Assembly: GCA_028534125.1 (NCBI GenBank)
Contig: CM052822.1
Location: 71,734,001-71,798,000 of the forward strand
DNA: 64,000 nt
Source: Lama glama
Lineage: Eukaryota
Direction: 5' to 3'
The position numbers and the translations under genes were made by a program. Within the stretch, counting starts at the first letter, position 1. The number at the start of each line of letters is the position of its first letter. Shown one piece after another: positions 41,686 through 55,634 of this stretch. Under the pieces are notes generated by a model. That model saw only the letters and a program-made list of their open reading frames with translations. It was not told the origin of the DNA and searched no databases.

Positions 41686-42185
41686 NNNNNNNNNNNNNNN
41701 NNNNNNNNNNNNNNNNNNNNNNNNNNNNNNNNNNNNNNNNNNNNNNNNNNNNNNNNNNNNNNNNNNNNNNNNNNNNNNNNNNNNNNNNNNNNNNNNNNNN
41801 NNNNNNNNNNNNNNNNNNNNNNNNNNNNNNNNNNNNNNNNNNNNNNNNNNNNNNNNNNNNNNNNNNNNNNNNNNNNNNNNNNNNNNNNNNNNNNNNNNNN
41901 NNNNNNNNNNNNNNNNNNNNNNNNNNNNNNNNNNNNNNNNNNNNNNNNNNNNNNNNNNNNNNNNNNNNNNNNNNNNNNNNNNNNNNNNNNNNNNNNNNNN
42001 NNNNNNNNNNNNNNNNNNNNNNNNNNNNNNNNNNNNNNNNNNNNNNNNNNNNNNNNNNNNNNNNNNNNNNNNNNNNNNNNNNNNNNNNNNNNNNNNNNNN
42101 NNNNNNNNNNNNNNNNNNNNNNNNNNNNNNNNNNNNNNNNNNNNNNNNNNNNNNNNNNNNNNNNNNNNNNNNNNNNNNNNNNNNN
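41686..42185. other. Assembly gap (500 N)
   Basis: N run seen directly. Confidence 1.
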
Positions 42186-42219
42186 AGGGTAATAGATGCC
42201 AGTGGAGATGTGACTTCAT

Positions 42220-43430
42220 TAGGAAGCTAAGGGAACATTTGCCTTAGGAAGTGACGGTTGGGTTGAGCTTTGGAGGTGGCTGAAGGCAGGAGTCTGAGGG
42301 GTGTTCCAGGTAGATAAAAGAGCATATTCAAAATCCTGGGGACGGAAAGGGAAGGCTGCCGTGGCCGCAGCACTGAAGTTGAAGGGTGGTTGGGTATGAA
42401 ATGAGGCTGGAGAGTTTGGGGAGCCTGACATATGACTTTATTACCCAGGTTATTGATTTTCTTTCTATTAGAAGTCCAAGGGGATGTCACTGAAGTATCC
42501 CAGCCAAAAAAATGTGTGTATTGGGAGCGATGAGGATGGAGGAAAAAACATAACGTCATCATATCTGTTGTGTGTAAGCCTTGCTCTGGCTGCAGTGTGG
42601 AGGGCAAGTCTCAGAGCAGCAAGAGGAGACTTGGGGATACCAGTCAGCACTGGCTTTAGACCAGGTGAGAGATGGCAGCTTGGACTGGGATGGTGGTAGC
42701 AGAGCAGGAGTAAGCAGAAGGACTTAAAGGATAATAGAAGGTTAAAAACTGCAGGACTTGGTGAGAGACTGAACATGAATGCTGGTGGGAAAGGGTGGTT
42801 GAGAATGACACTCACGAGTCTGTCTGGCTTTGCCAGCTGTTGGGCAGTGCTGGACACAGAAGTATGGACTGATGGTAGAGAATCTGTAGGATGTGTCATG
42901 AGTTTGATTTTGAAGATGTCGAACCTGAAGTGCATTTTCAGCATCCACAATGTGTCTAGTGAACAACTCACTAATAAAGGACTCAGGAACTCAGTGGCAA
43001 TAGGGCTGGAGACACAAGTGTGGCGTAACTATGGCTTGGGAAAGTCAGTGAAGCCATATTTGGATCCAGTTGCCTAGGATGTGAATGTCGTGTGGGAAGA
43101 GCTGAGCATCCAAGACTGAGCTGTGAGCACCTGAAAATCTAATGGCCGAGCAATAGAACCCAGGCTCCAAAGGAGACAGACTTAAGTCAGGGAACATCCA
43201 GAAAGAAATGTGACAAGGAAGTGTGCCAGGAAGGAGCCAGTGGCTGCAGTGATGAATGCTGCTAAGAGATCATTTAAGATGAGGATTTAAAAAGTTATCC
43301 GTTAAATTAGTAAAATTGAACTTGATGGTGGCCTTAGCTTGTGTTGTTTATTGACATCGTGGAAATTGAAACCAGAATGACATAAATTAAGGAATGTGTA
43401 CGAGTTTAGGAGATGGAGTCAGAAAGCACA
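42220..43430 (-). mobile_element. L2 LINE, long degraded segment
   Basis: Purine-rich antisense L2 motifs: tgttccaggtaga, ctggctgcagtgtggagg, ccaggtgagagatggcagcttggact, tgagtttgattttgaag, gatgaatgctgctaagagatcatttaagatgagga. Confidence 0.75.
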
Positions 43431-45336
43431 GACATTTCCAAGTTAAACATGCATCGTACAATAGAATAAGCACCAGGCAGGTCATGTGTCCCCTTAGACA
43501 ATTTTGCTTTTGGAATCAAGGTTGTGAATTAAACTAGTCTTTTATAATTTCTTGGCTTATGATGGTTTCGTAGTTACTCCATTCTGTAGAATTTACTTCA
43601 TTCTGTTTACCCTGGATGAAGAACCTGAGATAGAACCCAAACTATTCAGTGGCCTCCCCGCCAAAGCAGCCTGCTTCCCTGAAGATCACGCTCTCCTCTT
43701 CTTTCATTGTTTCCCAAGATCTCCGTCTGCTCTTCCATTTGTCATCCGCCTGATATCCTTGGATGGTGTACTTGGTTGGGCTCAAGTGTGGGTTTAAGTA
43801 GACAAGTTCCCCTTTCCCCTTTCCAGAGGATGTGTATCATTTGGCTTCAAAAAATAATGGCTTATTTCTTCCTGACTACACATGGCACGGCTACCAACCC
43901 ATCATTTCCTTTTCCTTTTCCTTTTTCCTCATCTCCGCTAGGTGCTTTCCCCTACCTTTGCTATTTGTATGGTTGGCCAACTGACATTCAAAAAATATCA
44001 ACAGTAATCTCATGCATTGACTAGCATTTCTTTCTGTTCATCATTTAAGAGCCCCGTCAGATGTAGAAAATTTCCTTTTTTATCCTCCCTTCCTTCCAAA
44101 TACCTTGTATGGTAAATTTTATAAGTAGAATGATACAAATAAATAAAAGTGTGCCAGTGAAAATAGAATAGATCAAAATACAAATCAAATTAAAAATCAA
44201 AAATGTTCTTTATAAATGATGTTATTATCATCCCTTGATATACAGTTGCATCAGAGATCAGGAGGTTTTTTGTCTTACTTTTTGTGAATAAATTTGTACT
44301 GAAAGTGAAATTAGAGTGAAGAATGTTCAAACCCGTGAGTGTGAGATTTCAAAGCTTAACTATTCTAATAGCTGTGTTTCACACATCTAACGAGGTTTTG
44401 CTCGTTGGAAAGCATTTTTTCCCCCTTCTGTCTTAAGGCACTGCATTTATAACTAAGCTATTTGGGGGCACACATGGTGAATGTGCAGTAAATCCAAGCG
44501 GAGATTTTAGGAAGTTGTCAGAGGCCCTGAGTTTACGCAGTGGCGTTCTGTTCTCTGATTGTTGAATATAGGCAAGTTTTAAAATGATCCTTCACAATTA
44601 TGAAACTGCCAAGATGACTACAATGCAAATAGTATTGCATGGGAATAAAAATCTCCTCATAAATCTTATTTTAAATGTAATGCTCCATTTATGTAAATTG
44701 ATATGTAGTTTGTGCAAGTAAACAACGTGTGATTGCACATTTGGCTGAAGTTACTGGGTGAGGGGCGCTGTTACTCTGTCCTTATGCCATGTGTCGATTC
44801 CACCTAAAGCCTCTGTTCTCTTAACTGCTGCACTGCTTCCATTCTCTTTGCTTTTATATGCCCATTTACCTAAAACTGAAAAAATCCCCGTGGCAGGTGG
44901 TAGCCTGAAATGTGGGTTAGATTACAATGCATTTCACCTCTCAGCTCCACCCAGCACGAAAGCTTTATCACTAAGAATTTTGGTAGGTTTTGCCTTCTTT
45001 GGGTAATCTGGTGAGAATTAGTAAGATCACATCTGTAAAACGTTCCATACTAACAATAATAATATACGAGGGTAGGAAATTCCGTAAAGTTTTTGTCATG
45101 ATCTTGCTAACTGAGTAAATTTCCAAATGAAATCAGTTGCAACTTACAAAGCAAGTTTGAATCTGCTGCCTGTTTCTTGGTGAAGTTTGAGATTTATTTT
45201 AATGAAAACAGTTTTAAACTCAACCAAAGACTTCCAGGTGCTGTTCCTTCTCTCTGTCAGTAAATGTTTCATTGATACTATGGGGGATGTCAATGAAAAA
45301 TATACAATATTTAGGCTGTTTATATTTTCTACTTCG

Positions 45337-45419
45337 ATAGAGGTTCTGGCTTTACTACAGAAAAGATGCAAAGTCTATAGAGGTTCTGGCTTTACTACAG
45401 AAGAGATGCAAAGTCTATA
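45337..45419 (+). repeat. Near-perfect 40-bp tandem duplication
   Basis: atagaggttctggctttactacagaa(a/g)agatgcaaagtct x2, 39/40 identical, plus trailing ata. Confidence 0.97.
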
Positions 45420-46254
45420 ATTGTAAAAAAAAGAAGAAGAAGAAAAAAGCGTCGTGAGGTCAAATTAATTATTTGCATTTTAAAATAGCTAGTTCTCTTC
45501 TAAAGACAGATACTAAAAATTTACAGCAAGAACCCATCAGGTGGCAAATAAGTAGCATCATATTAGTTTCCTGAGTTTCTTTAAAACACAAATGCGTCTC
45601 TTCCTCCCCACTGATACTTCTGGAATTAGATATTTTCATTGTTACTTGCAAAATATTTTTCTTTCAGCTTCTTGAAATAACAAAACTGCTTTCAATTTGA
45701 GAAAATAAGAGTTTAAAATTTTTCATTGTTTTCTGAGTCCTATTGTTTCTGTAGGTCCTGTTGTAATCTTTCTTCTTTTTTAATGAAACAACCTAATTGC
45801 TTTAAAAGATTAATGTTTTCCCCCTTGTTTTCTTATAAAAGTAACCTACATTTGCATCTTTGGCAACATTATGACAGGTGACCTTAATTCCTTTCCCCTT
45901 GGGTGTTTGAAGAAAAGAAATGTACTTGTGATTAACTGAGCATGGATTTTTTTTTTCATTTGTGCATTGTATGCAGTGGAAACAAAGGATGAGTTTATGA
46001 TTATTTCCCGTAACTTCACAAAAGGGAAAGGCTCGCAGCAGCAGTGGAGGTGCGCCGTTTCATACCCTTAGGTTGAAGCAAAGTCCCCATGCTCCCTGAA
46101 ACTTAATCTAGTGGCAAAGTATTTTGTGACTCTTTCTCTAATCTTTTGCCATGACTGTCAACAAATCTGTCCCAAACGCAGCTATGTCTGCAGTTTCCAT
46201 CTTGGCTATTTTCTAGACAGGTACCTGTGGAGAGGTTGCATGCAGAAATCCTTA

Positions 46255-46447
46255 GAAGCATCCAAGTTTCAACACCCAGGCTGTCACTTTGTAGCTGCCT
46301 TGGGCGAGTGACTTAACCTCTCTGTGCCTCAATTCTCTCACCTTAAAATGGGAATAATAATAACACCTAATTATAAGGTTACTATGGGGATTAGATAAAG
46401 TAATATTTGTAAAGGTCCTGGAACATAAAGACAGTACTCTGTAAATA
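46255..46447 (+). mobile_element. MIR (well-preserved core)
   Basis: ccttgggcgagtgacttaacctctctgtgcctcaattctctcaccttaaaatgggaataataata. Confidence 0.88.
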
Positions 46448-47429
46448 TAAAATATGTATAATTCAAATGTGACTATAATATAATAGGCTACGGAGAGACA
46501 ACTAGGTACAGACAGAAACATGTCAGCTTATTCACGCCCCATTATCATCCTCTGTGTCTTCATGCTTCTTGTCACCCACGAGCAGGGAATGGGAAATCCC
46601 TTAGTCCTCATCTATGACATCTGGTATACCTTTCTTCCTTTGTTCAAGGTGCTCTGAACGTTTTAAATGATACTTGAATTCTTCTCAGCAGAGTCTGCAT
46701 AGTTAGGTAAATCGACACATATTTTAGCATCAGTGCAGAGTGAAGAGATTGCAGTGCATCTAAGATTTCACCTCTGCTGCAAAACGTCCTCTGAAAGAAT
46801 GACACCGGTAAGGAGAGTAACACTGCCATTGCCAACCTGATCTGCCAAGTCACTGGCGGTGGACTTGACGTGAAAGAGTTAAGCATGTTGCTGTAGCAAA
46901 TACTCAGTTACTCATTAATTAAAGTAGAACAAATTCAATATTTTTTTATTCAGCAGATTAACCAGAACCCACCATGTCTGCAATTTATATTCATCCTGTA
47001 AACTGCATATGCATTAAACATTTCCATCTGGAGCCCCGATGATTGTTTTTCTCCCATCTCATGCTTGATAAGCTGTTACTGATTAGGCAGGGAATTCTGA
47101 TGCTGCTGAAAGCACGGATTTTTTTTTTTTAAAGCTCGATCACCTTGGTTTTCTTTACTTCTTATCAGATCTTGCTTGATGTCTGTGGGTTCCATTTTGG
47201 CTACAATCCAGATGAGAACTGTAGGTCCCTTGGCCATGATGGTTTAAAGCAAACAGCCTTATTCTGTGTCCCTGTCAGTTTTCTTTCATTAAAAAAGGAA
47301 ATGCTCCACTTTCTAGTCTAAGTTAGAATATATCTTCTTTCTTTTTATTTGTCTCATTTGGTTTGATGCTAAACCTTAATTTGCTCTCCCTGTCCCCTGT
47401 GATAAGGCATAACTCATGTATTTTGATGC

Positions 47430-47630
47430 ATGGCGTTTTCTAAGCATTGTTCTAAAGACGTCGCCCATTTTGACTTACATAATCCTCACTAACTACGCTA
47501 AGAGGTAGATGGTGTTATTATCCACGTTTAATAGGTGAGGAAACTGAGACCACAGGGAGGTTGAGTCACGTTCTCACGATCAAGTAGCTAAGACGTAGTA
47601 GAGCTCAGTATGAACCTAGACACTCTAATT
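47430..47630 (-). mobile_element. MIR
   Basis: aatcctcac...aggtagat..tgttattatccac...gtgaggaaactgagaccacag...tgaacctag. Confidence 0.8.
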
Positions 47631-49737
47631 CAAGGGCCCACACTTCCAGCCGTGGGCCACAGAGAGGTGATTCTTCATCCCTCACATAGTAGGACTTGCA
47701 CTTTGAGATGTAGCTCCAGTGAAAGATGTGTTGTAAAGAGCCACAACATTGATCTTTGTATAAAATACACATTCCGACTTTTTGGGTTACCCAATAGGAG
47801 TCATTTAATAAACAAAAATTAAGCATAATCTGTGTTAAATTAGTAATAAAAACAATAAACATTAAACACAACCATTTTGTAGCTTCTGTTTTTTGAGAAG
47901 CACCATCTGTTTATCCTTTTACATACTGGATTCGTGATCCCTGGAGATTACCCTCACGTGTCGTCAGTACCATATGCATTTTACACATTTTTCAAACTGA
48001 GGCTCAGAAAAGTGATACTTCCCGTAAAAGGCCACAGTGTTAGTGAGGAGTAGAATCAGAAGACATATTCTAGTCTGTTTTTATGCAGAGCTGTATGCCT
48101 TATTTTCTATTAATTTGTTATTTAGGACATATGAGTCTAAAGCGAGGTCTGATGGGCGTGAGATTGACTCAGCTAGATGTCAACTACTTCCCGGATCAGA
48201 GGTGACTGATACTATAACCAGATCTCTCTGTAGCCCCTTCAGTGTGACATGAACTTGATCTTGTGGATGTGTACATATTCTAAAAGTTATCCTGTCACTG
48301 TGCCTGGAGGCAGTTTGGTATAAGGAAAGGAGTGTTTCAGTATGCTCTCCCACTGTGGAAACTTTGCAATAATTATTTAAGGTAGACACTTACTATTTGT
48401 CCCAAGGGTACACAGATTTTTTTCTTTAGATCTGGATTATACATTTTATCCATCTTTGTACCCCTAGCATTTTGCCCAGCAACTGAATAAATGTTGACTC
48501 CATGAATAAATTAAATAATTTATTAACTAATATGTGGAAGAACAGAAAAGAAAATTACCTCTGTTTATAGTGAGTTTCCCTATAGTCAGTAAATGCAATT
48601 AAAAGGCCAGTAGTATCTATAAAAACATTTGTTTGTTTCAACTAATGTCTTAAGGTTAGTGTAGTTTTTTGGTAGCAAGGAGTGGTGCATCTTTGTATCT
48701 CTTCAGTCCTGAACTATTTCTTGTTTCTTGCTATTGATTCCAGTCAATTTCAAGAACCTTTCATTCCCCTGGCTTTCCCCAGCCTCCTCCCTCATCCACA
48801 GGCAAATGTTAACTCAAGCTAAGTATGCTGAAAAGTGAGCAAGGTTGAACTGATGCAAATGAAAATTGAAATAACTTGAAAGAGTACCATTCATGTTTTT
48901 TAACTTCCTCTCACATATTAAACACTTACATTTAATTTCATATGAAATTGATCTAGTGTATATTCAACAAAGTTTAATTTCTGAATTCCTAGCATGAAAG
49001 AATGTGTACTCTTAGTGGACTCTTAGTGGAAGCGCTATATATTAAACATACTATAATGCTAATACTCAAGGACTATAAAATGTGATTTTCACAAAGAAAG
49101 AGCCTCCATGATTTCAGGTAATGTTCCACAGTCCAGTGACATTTGAGCTACACCTGAATGAATGACTACGGGTTCATGAGAAACCATACCCATGAGTGAA
49201 TAGTTGAGAGGCCACTGTCTCATTTGTTCTTCACGAGCTGGTACAGAATTCACTCCAAACCCTAATATAGGACCTATCTCTTCCTTTCAAGAAATGTCGC
49301 TTGTATTTTTCTCTCTGGAGTCCGTGCTAAAGTTAAAATTAGCAAGCTCAACCTCTCATCATTTTGAAAATAGTGTATCAGCTAATCCTAATGACCATAT
49401 CGGAGGGAACTTGTTAAAACGTGAATGGTACGCACCGCAGTTAACAGGAGCCCTGTCTGGTGATGCTGACCGTTGGTGCTGCTTTGCAACAGCCGCAGTC
49501 CTCATGCCCGGCTTGTACCTGAAGGAAACCACATTAGATGCTTGCTGTGCTGATGCTCTAAAAAGGGAGGAACTAGGCGATCGATAGCTCCTGGCTAATC
49601 ATTTCTTGGATTATAATAATAATGATTTTTACAACTGGCAGACTGCAGTTCAAAAATGGCCCTTGATTACTTCTTCATTGGTTTCTTCAAGCAGGAAAGA
49701 CCATCATTTCATTGACTGGTACAAATAAATAAATATA

Positions 49738-49741
<4 letters not shown>

Positions 49742-49787
<46 letters not shown>
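49742..49787. repeat. (TA)23 microsatellite
   Basis: Perfect alternating TA run of 46 bp. Confidence 0.97.
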
Positions 49788-49794
<7 letters not shown>

Positions 49795-50039
49795 GGCGCT
49801 GAAGTCAACTATTGGCTGGACGCTGAGCAGTAGAGAGAACGTGGGATTGGCTTCTGCTGTGAGACATTAATTGGCACCACAAAGAAGAAGGAAAGCAGGA
49901 TGGTAACCACTAAAGGCTAGCGGGCTCGGGGTAACCATGTTCTCCTTTTCTTTAAGATTTGCTGAGACTTTTCATCGCTGTCTCTTCAGACTGGGGATGA
50001 GACCCACTTTCTCTGTTTACGAGGGTTTACTCTCCTATT

Positions 50040-50236
50040 GAGAACAGAACCAGAGTGGACATGCACCACCTGTTCACACCCCACTGACCAGAATTTGGTT
50101 GCCTGGCCACCCTCACCTAGCTACAAAGGAGAATCGAAAAACCAGTCATAGATCGGTAGCCATGTGCCCAGCTGAAACATGGAATTTTTTCCTTTCTCTT
50201 GCTCTTTTGTCAAATAGCTAGCAGTGTCTGCCACAT
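50040..50236 (-). mobile_element. MLT1 (J/K-like) LTR fragment
   Basis: cactgaccagaatttggttgcctggccac..acctagctacaaagga...gccatgtgcccagct...agcagtgtctgccaca. Confidence 0.65.
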
Positions 50237-50559
50237 CACTTATTTCCTTGACTCGAGAGGGATAGAGGAGATAGGGCATTCCTCCTCTGTGCTTTTAGAA
50301 AGAACAATTGTTGTATTTTTAAGAGAAAAATTTAAATACACATTGAAGGTTGCCTGAGTCTTCTGTAATGAAACGTGACTCAACTGTTTTAAAAACGGGG
50401 AAAGGTAACTTCCCACTTTGATGGAGCAGATATCAGAGTTACTTGATTTATTAGCCTGATGCTCTGTAAACTGCTCTTACATCTTCAGGTGTCCATCTGG
50501 TTCCCATCCTCATGTCAAGGTGGCCACACCTTTCCACGTTTCACATTCACGCTCTGCAG

Positions 50560-50895
50560 CTTGCAGAGGCAGGATGCGGCCATCTGTTCTGCCGCCTCCT
50601 TAGGAATCAAGAAGCCTTGCCCACGAGGACCTCCCTCTGAGGAGGCTTCCCTCACCCAGAGCGGCATGGCTCGTTCACGTGCCCCCCCTTAAATCCAGTG
50701 GCGGCAAAGGGAATTGGGTCGCCGTGGTTGACTGGTCAATTCAGAACTGGCTCTGTTGCCGGGAAAAGGGGCTCCCGCCCTTGAATTAGACGTGGAGGAG
50801 ATGGGCCTCTGAATGAAATCGAGGTTTATCCAACAACCACCGCAGCATCAAAGGGGACATGACTATTGTCTGGGCAGCCCACAGTGACTGCTACG
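50560..50895 (-). mobile_element. MLT1 (K-like) LTR fragment
   Basis: ccttaaatccagtggcggcaaagggaattgg...gaatgaaatcgaggt...gggcagcccacagtgactgctac. Confidence 0.5.
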
Positions 50896-52793
50896 ATTTC
50901 TAATATAAATCTTCATTTCTGGAAGAACGATACTAATGAAGACTAATGTTTGAAATATAGAGAATCCTGTTTTCTCGTTAGTGATTAGGAGAAGCAAACA
51001 GTAATATTAACTCCAACTTCTCCTAAACATATAGTCTAGTATGTACATTAAATTTAAAATTATATAAATGCTGTCCTGAGCCCCAATAGGCTGCCTTACT
51101 TTATGATTCAAAGTACAGGTTGTTGTACTTTTTCGGTGAAGGTGTGTTGTGGGCTAGCCAAACTGTACATGCCATTGACTGCTTCAGGTCAATTTTACGT
51201 TAATTAATAATCGATCATTTAATTTTTGCTACCCAGTCACGTCAGCAGTTTAAATACTTATAAAATCAAGCTTATTTTTTCCCTCAAGGTTAAGGAAGCA
51301 TAGGTTTTTGTTTTTAATGAACAAATTATGTAGTTTCAAGTTGCTGTCTTTTGATTTAAGAAAAACAAATAATTTGCTTAAGAACGGGGCATTGAAAATA
51401 ATGGCACGTTCAATGACTTTGTCACCCATCTCCTCATACTGGTATCTTTGGCTGTATGCTTTTTATCTGGATCAGAAAACGACAGACAGCATCTGTCCTA
51501 GAGCCCTGCACTTAACTGTTTCTACGAGTTGGAAATCTGTAGACTCTGTAAACGTAAGAGTTTTACCACATGTCAGCTAGCCAGTCCTTCACAGCTGGTC
51601 GTATTTATTTAAATGTTCTTTATGCCTGTTCATTTTATAAGTGCGTTGCTTCTCATTATGTCACTCAGAAACTCTTTTCCACATCATGCTCTGATCCAGT
51701 GATCTGGTGATATAAATGATGAACAGCAGTGAGCAGGTCATTTGCATCTGTAATCCAAAAGCCCTCTGTGTTTCCAATAGAAATTATGTGCTGTTGCACA
51801 TACACAAAAGTTCTGTGCGACAAACAGTGGTCGTGTTTCCCAAATAAATTTGCCTTTAACCCTGGAGCCTCATTATAAAACAACTTAAAATAAAAGGAAA
51901 TCCAATGAGGCATGTCACCAAAAGCCGTTTCCTACTGGATGTTTCAAGAAAAATTCATTATAATGTTTTCAGCTTTAATAATAATCAAAGGCAGAAGCTC
52001 TAAGAAAAATTTAATAGAGTTATTATTAAAGGGTATTTTAATGGGAATATAATGAAAATACTGAATCACATTGTTTAAAAAGCAAAAAGGGACACGTCTT
52101 GGCTTAATGAGTTTTGAAAGAGGAGAGGTTTGAAGAATGAGTTTAAAGAAAAGAAACAAGAGCAAGAAACCAGAAAATACAGAGAAGCAAAAGAGTGAGA
52201 CTGATAAGAGAAAATAACAAAGCAATGTAATATTTTTTCTTAGTAATAGAGTAACATCTTTTAACTGTGTTCATGTTGATATATGCATGGAAGATACTTA
52301 ATCTCAGACCCCCTCCCTCCTTCATGTAACTCTATCAAATAATTTTCATCTAGGAAACAACTTGTTTCGTCTTTAATAGGGTGAAAAATTGTCAAAGCAA
52401 AGAACAGGCAAAACCGCAGTGAAGTACACTACAAAGCTTTAAAAAAAGGAAAGACAGGACTGTTTTTTGCCTCTGTTAGCCTCTCATACTGGGGAAAATT
52501 TTATTCTTGTCTCTGTTGTGATTGGGAGGGATGCTGTCATGGAGAGGAAGCAGACATCGGTGAGTTTCACGGGGTCTGTAGCTCCACGTGTGTTCTCACG
52601 TTGCCAGCGTCACTGGCTGCTGTCTGCAAGGTAGGACTTCAAAGACTCAAGGGACCTTCTTCCAGTCAGGTTGTCCCTTCATTAACTGTTCTCTGTGGCT
52701 TCAAGATCCCTCTGTGGCATTTCTTTGCTTTGAGTTAGTACTGTTCCTATTAAAGTCTTTAAAACTTTTAAGCATCATAAGATATTTATGTCT

Positions 52794-53310
52794 GTTTTTT
52801 CAATTGAATTGCAGTCAGTTACAGTGTATCCATCTCTGGTGCATAGCACAATGTCCCAGTCACGCATGTACATACATATATTCATTTTTATATTCTTTTT
52901 CATTAAAGGTTGTTACATAATATTGGATATAGTTCCCTGTACTATACAGAAGTTTTTTTTTTTTAAATCTGTTTTTATATATTGTGGCTAACATTTGTAA
53001 ATCTGAAACTCCCAAATGTATCCCTTTCTACCTACCCCCTTTCTCTGGTAACCATAAGATTGTTTACTATGTGAGTCTGTTTCTGTTTTGTAGATGAGTT
53101 CATTAGTGTCCTCTTTTTCTTCTTTTTTTAGATTCCACATATGAGTAATACCATATGGCATTTTTCTTTCTCTTTCTGGCTTACTTCACTTAGAATGACA
53201 ATCTCCAGGTCCATCCATGTTGTGCAAATGGCATTTTTTCTTTTTTATGGCTGAGTAGTAGTCCATTGTAGAAATATATCACAGCTTCTTTATGCAGTCA
53301 TATGTCAATC
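52794..53310 (-). mobile_element. Lineage-specific (camelid-type) L1 3' end, 5'-truncated
   Basis: T-tail then ttgaattgcagtcagttacag...tattggatatagttccctgtactatacag...tagattccacatatgagt...tggcttacttcacttagaatgacaatctccaggtccatccatgttg. Confidence 0.9.
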
Positions 53311-55634
53311 AATGTTTATGTTTTGATATGAATTATTTTATTGATATTTTGCAGTGTGTCTGTTACCATGTTGGGTGGGTGAGGCGGGGAGTGGAAATCA
53401 CTGAGTGGAAATCACAAAGAGAAATACCCATTTCATTGTTTTTTTTTTTTTAAACCAGTGACCAACCCTAGCAGAGAGCTGTTTAAGTAGTGTAAGAGTT
53501 ATTTCTGTACATACGTGCATACACATGTTTGAGAGCAGGGAGAGTGGTGGATTTATATATACTATATATTATAACTAGTTATTCTCACTTACACAGCTTA
53601 TTTGGCCCTATAAATATGGGCTCCTGGTCCACTGACATTTTCTATTTCATTTTTAATGAGATTCCTCATAAGATGGATGTTTTATTTTCTTATTTTTATT
53701 TTATTTTTGTTCCTGGAGGAACAATTTAAACACAAAGTTTTGGAGATACTAAAAGTGGCCATTGGTGCTATATTTGGTAGGAAAACCATTGAAAAAGAAA
53801 CTTGGTAATCATTTTCCTGTAATGCCATAGAATTCCTTAGAGCAGAGTTTGGAGTGTGCACAAAAATACTTGTTTGTATTTATGAATCTTCCTAACCCCA
53901 GGATTCTTACCTTCATTCTCATAGATCATTTTCCCAAACTTTTCTAAGCTTAAAGGGGAAACATTTATCAAATTATCAAACAGTTGTTGCAAATTTTGGA
54001 AAAAGCTTCAATTGGATCTTGGAAAATAAAAACAAGGATTTCTATGGACCAGTGAAACCTTAGCCGGAAAAGGAAATGTTTCTTATATAAATATTAGAGC
54101 TTCTCTGTGGTAACTTTCAAAATCAGGAGTTTTGAAATTAGAAAACTAGAAATTAGAGGGATAAAATGCTCTAAAAGTTGCAAAGCTTCTTTTTAACAGT
54201 ATATTTTTAAATAAAGAATATGAAACCCTGTTATTTACAAAATGGTTCAAGTGACAAAATACATAGTAGTTACTCTTACGGACAAAAGCGGTTTCCTAAA
54301 TATTGTTTGAAAAAATACGTAATTAAAGGTTCGGGATTGAGTCTTGAGATGCTGTGTCAGGTCTAAAAGCTGTTGATCTGTTCTGAAGAGCAAGGTGGCT
54401 TCTCATAGCACATTGTAAGGGCTGTCACAATCCCGGCTGTCAACCCAGGATGTGTTAGCTATGGGACCCGAGGGAGCTTTTTTTGCTACTGGGGTCACGT
54501 GAGAACCACACTGCACCAGCTGTCACTACTGTGGACGGAGTCCCTTCTCTCCCAGTTGATGGTATAGCTTCATTCCAACTTGCCTTGTTCTGGGTTTCCC
54601 ACTTCTCCAGCATTTTTCCCCAGTCACCGCTTGCTTAGGACTGTAAATGTTCAGTGTCCTGCCCCACCTACTTTATTGTCTCTGCAGTACCAAGCTTTGC
54701 CCTTGGCTCATGTCTGTAAATGTCCTCTTTCCAAGCCTTCCCTATGCCTAAAACCTTTGAAAATTGCACTCATAGCCGCTTACCCCAGAGCCACTGGAAA
54801 AAAAAAAAATTTTGTCTGGCCTTTCTCACATATGTCTGAAACTTTGCACTTTTTCTTTCATTTTAATTTGATTCAGCCGGTATGTTCTTAACCTCAGCGT
54901 TGTGACTTAACAATTGAGACTTTTTTTTTTCATCCTGAACGCTTCAGAATCTCATCAAATTTAGTCATAAGATACAAAAATTGGAGGCAAGTCTTTGTTT
55001 TACATCTAGGCTTTGGGTTGGGGTTCACTGAATTTGGTAAATTTCAGGGTACGAAAAAGCAGTTTACATTTAATGCATTTATTCAACCAGATCTTATGCT
55101 AGCGAATTCCTATATTTAATAAATACTGATGGCTTTCTGGATAGCAAAGAGTTATACCAGAAATTATGGCTTATACTGTGCTGCTGTGGACAGTCACAGA
55201 TGATGGTCCTGAGGGCAAGTCTGAGCATGAAAGTATCTGATGTTGTCTGGACGGAACACTGGCCGTCACCCTCTGCCCAGGTTTCCCAGGTGGCAGTGAG
55301 AGGGCTGTGGTGGAAGACCTCGCAAGTGCTGGTCCTGTGATGCAGTGAAGGGAAGAGACAGCGTATTTCTCGAGCCCTTGACTTCTCTGTATTTCTCTGC
55401 CTTCCTCGCTAGGGAGCAAAATAAACTACATCAGTGAAGGCAGAAAAACGATGGAACAGTGAGTTAGGTGGGTCCTGCAGTCACCAAGCAGGGAGCCTAA
55501 ATTTGTCCTAAATCCGTTAGTGTTTTTGAAACAACGTGATCCTGTTCTCTTCCCAGGCCTGAGTCACCGTTGCGCAGTGACTGGGCGATCACATTATTCA
55601 TTGTTTTAAATCAATTAAACAGAAGCTTAATATA

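Noticed and set aside
42227-43077. Cluster of ORFs up to 167 aa
   Set aside because: They lie within degraded L2. At best relics of L2 ORF2, not host genes.
49105-49123. Recursive-splice-like CAG|GTAAT (also near 59614)
   Set aside because: No adequate polypyrimidine tract and a weak reconstituted donor.
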